A stretch of 63,878 nucleotides of DNA, counting the filler, from Blastocystis sp. subtype 4 (Eukaryota), in NCBI RefSeq assembly GCF_000743755.1. It is 6 parts of 6 records of this genome, joined end to end, with 100 filler letters (N's around TTAATTAATTAA, not from the genome) between each part and the next. Parts side by side here need not be neighbours in the genome. Positions count along the whole stretch, not along the records: positions 54,320 to 63,878 come from NW_014569197.1; 5 more parts are not named here. One strand, written 5' to 3'. Shown piece by piece: positions 62,881 to 63,878 of this stretch. The notes beneath the pieces were generated by a model. That model had not been told where the DNA came from. It did not search any database and saw nothing but the letters and a program-made list of their open reading frames with translations. The number at the start of each line of letters is the position of its first letter. The stretch's first letter is position 1. The position numbers were made by a program, and so were the translations under genes.

Positions 62881-63878
62881 ATGTTATCAAGAACCTCTCG
62901 ATTTGTGAGAGCGTTCAGTGGCAAAACATTTACTGTAGAACTTCCTGAGTTCAAGACACACCGTAGGGGTTGATGAAGGAATCAAGTGTAGATGTGGATC
63001 CTCTTCCCACTACGACTGAGGTTACTGAGGAAGATGCAATTCGAATCGCTAAAGAGATGGTAACAATGCGTAGAATGGAGGTTGAAAGTGATCCCTTATA
63101 CGTCATGCGAAAGATCCGTGGTTTCCTTCATTTGTATGATGGAGAGGTAACCGATAGAGTCCTTGTTGATTCATAGGAAGCTTGTGCAACAGGTATCAAA
63201 GAAGCGACAACTCCTGATGACAATTGGATTACGAGTTATCGTTGTCATGGAGTTGAGTTCCTTCGAATGGGAGCTGGTGAAGCAGGTGTGAAGGCTGTGA
63301 TTAATGAATTGTTGGGTCATGCTTCAGGAGCTGCTCATGGAAAAGGAGGATCAATGCATATGTATGAGCCTGATAAGAACTTCTTCGGAGGTTCAGGTAT
63401 TGTGGGAGCTCAGACACCTGTTGGTACAGGACTTGCCTTTGCTGAACGATACAATCACATACTTCGGAATCGTGACAAACCTACTCCTGATGACAAGAGA
63501 AGTGAGTCGACTTCTGATGACGAGATGAATGTGAGCATTACTATGTTTGGTGATGGTGCCAGTAACCAGGGTCAAGTGTGGGAATCAGCTAATATGGCCA
63601 AGTTATGGCATCTCCCTGTGATCTTTGTGGTTGAGAACAATCAGTATGGAATGGGTACTTCCACAGAACGTTCTTCTTCTTCTACAGAATACTACAAGAT
63701 GGGACGAGTCATTCCTGGTATTCAAGCTGATGGTAACAATGTATTTGCAGTGAGAGAGGCGGCTCGTGTAGCCCGAAGAATATGTGCTCGAGGTGAAGGA
63801 CCTATCTTCCTTGAGGTAGAGTTTGTGAGAATGAACTGAGACGTAGTTGAAGACGTATCGTTATCATGGTCATTCAAT
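62881..63878 (+). CDS. PDHA1: Pyruvate dehydrogenase E1 alpha (runs off window)
   Basis: Presequence MLSRTSRFVRAFS, then KIRGFLHLYDGEEA, TSYRCHG, GKGGSMHMY, GDGASNQGQ, ENNQYGMGT, TYRYHGHS. Confidence 0.96.

Overview
Gene-dense eukaryotic nuclear DNA made of several contigs joined by 100-nt N44-TTAATTAATTAA-N44 spacers. It is most likely Blastocystis (a stramenopile gut protist), inferred from ~26-33-nt GT-AG introns, very short intergenic regions, and a TGTTTGTT-type element 4 nt downstream of gene 3' ends. About 35 genes or gene fragments are visible, including GlyRS, Asterix, ABCA, cyclin, ELO, kinase-less MadBub, an ELM2-PHD protein, P4-ATPase, calpain-7, RhoGAP, ZC3H3-like, beta-alpha NNT, RPL13A, PCCA, mito bL33, a TALE homeobox, AK2, NDUFA9, a multi-KH protein, prefoldin, U11/U12-65K, a PPP phosphatase, YqgF, a plasmepsin-V-like protease, vezatin-like and PDH E1-alpha. 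The most notable structures are: (1) several genes whose stop codon is apparently completed by polyadenylation, one possibly as UGA; (2) back-to-back or palindromic GU-rich elements shared by convergent genes; (3) three ~40-nt U12-type introns (two AT-AC, one AT-AG) plus a 65K protein lacking its first RRM; (4) a cluster of TGACA palindromes directly upstream of the TALE gene; (5) a CxxC...CxxC zinc-ribbon in the ABCA linker. All gene models were spliced by hand and have no transcript support.
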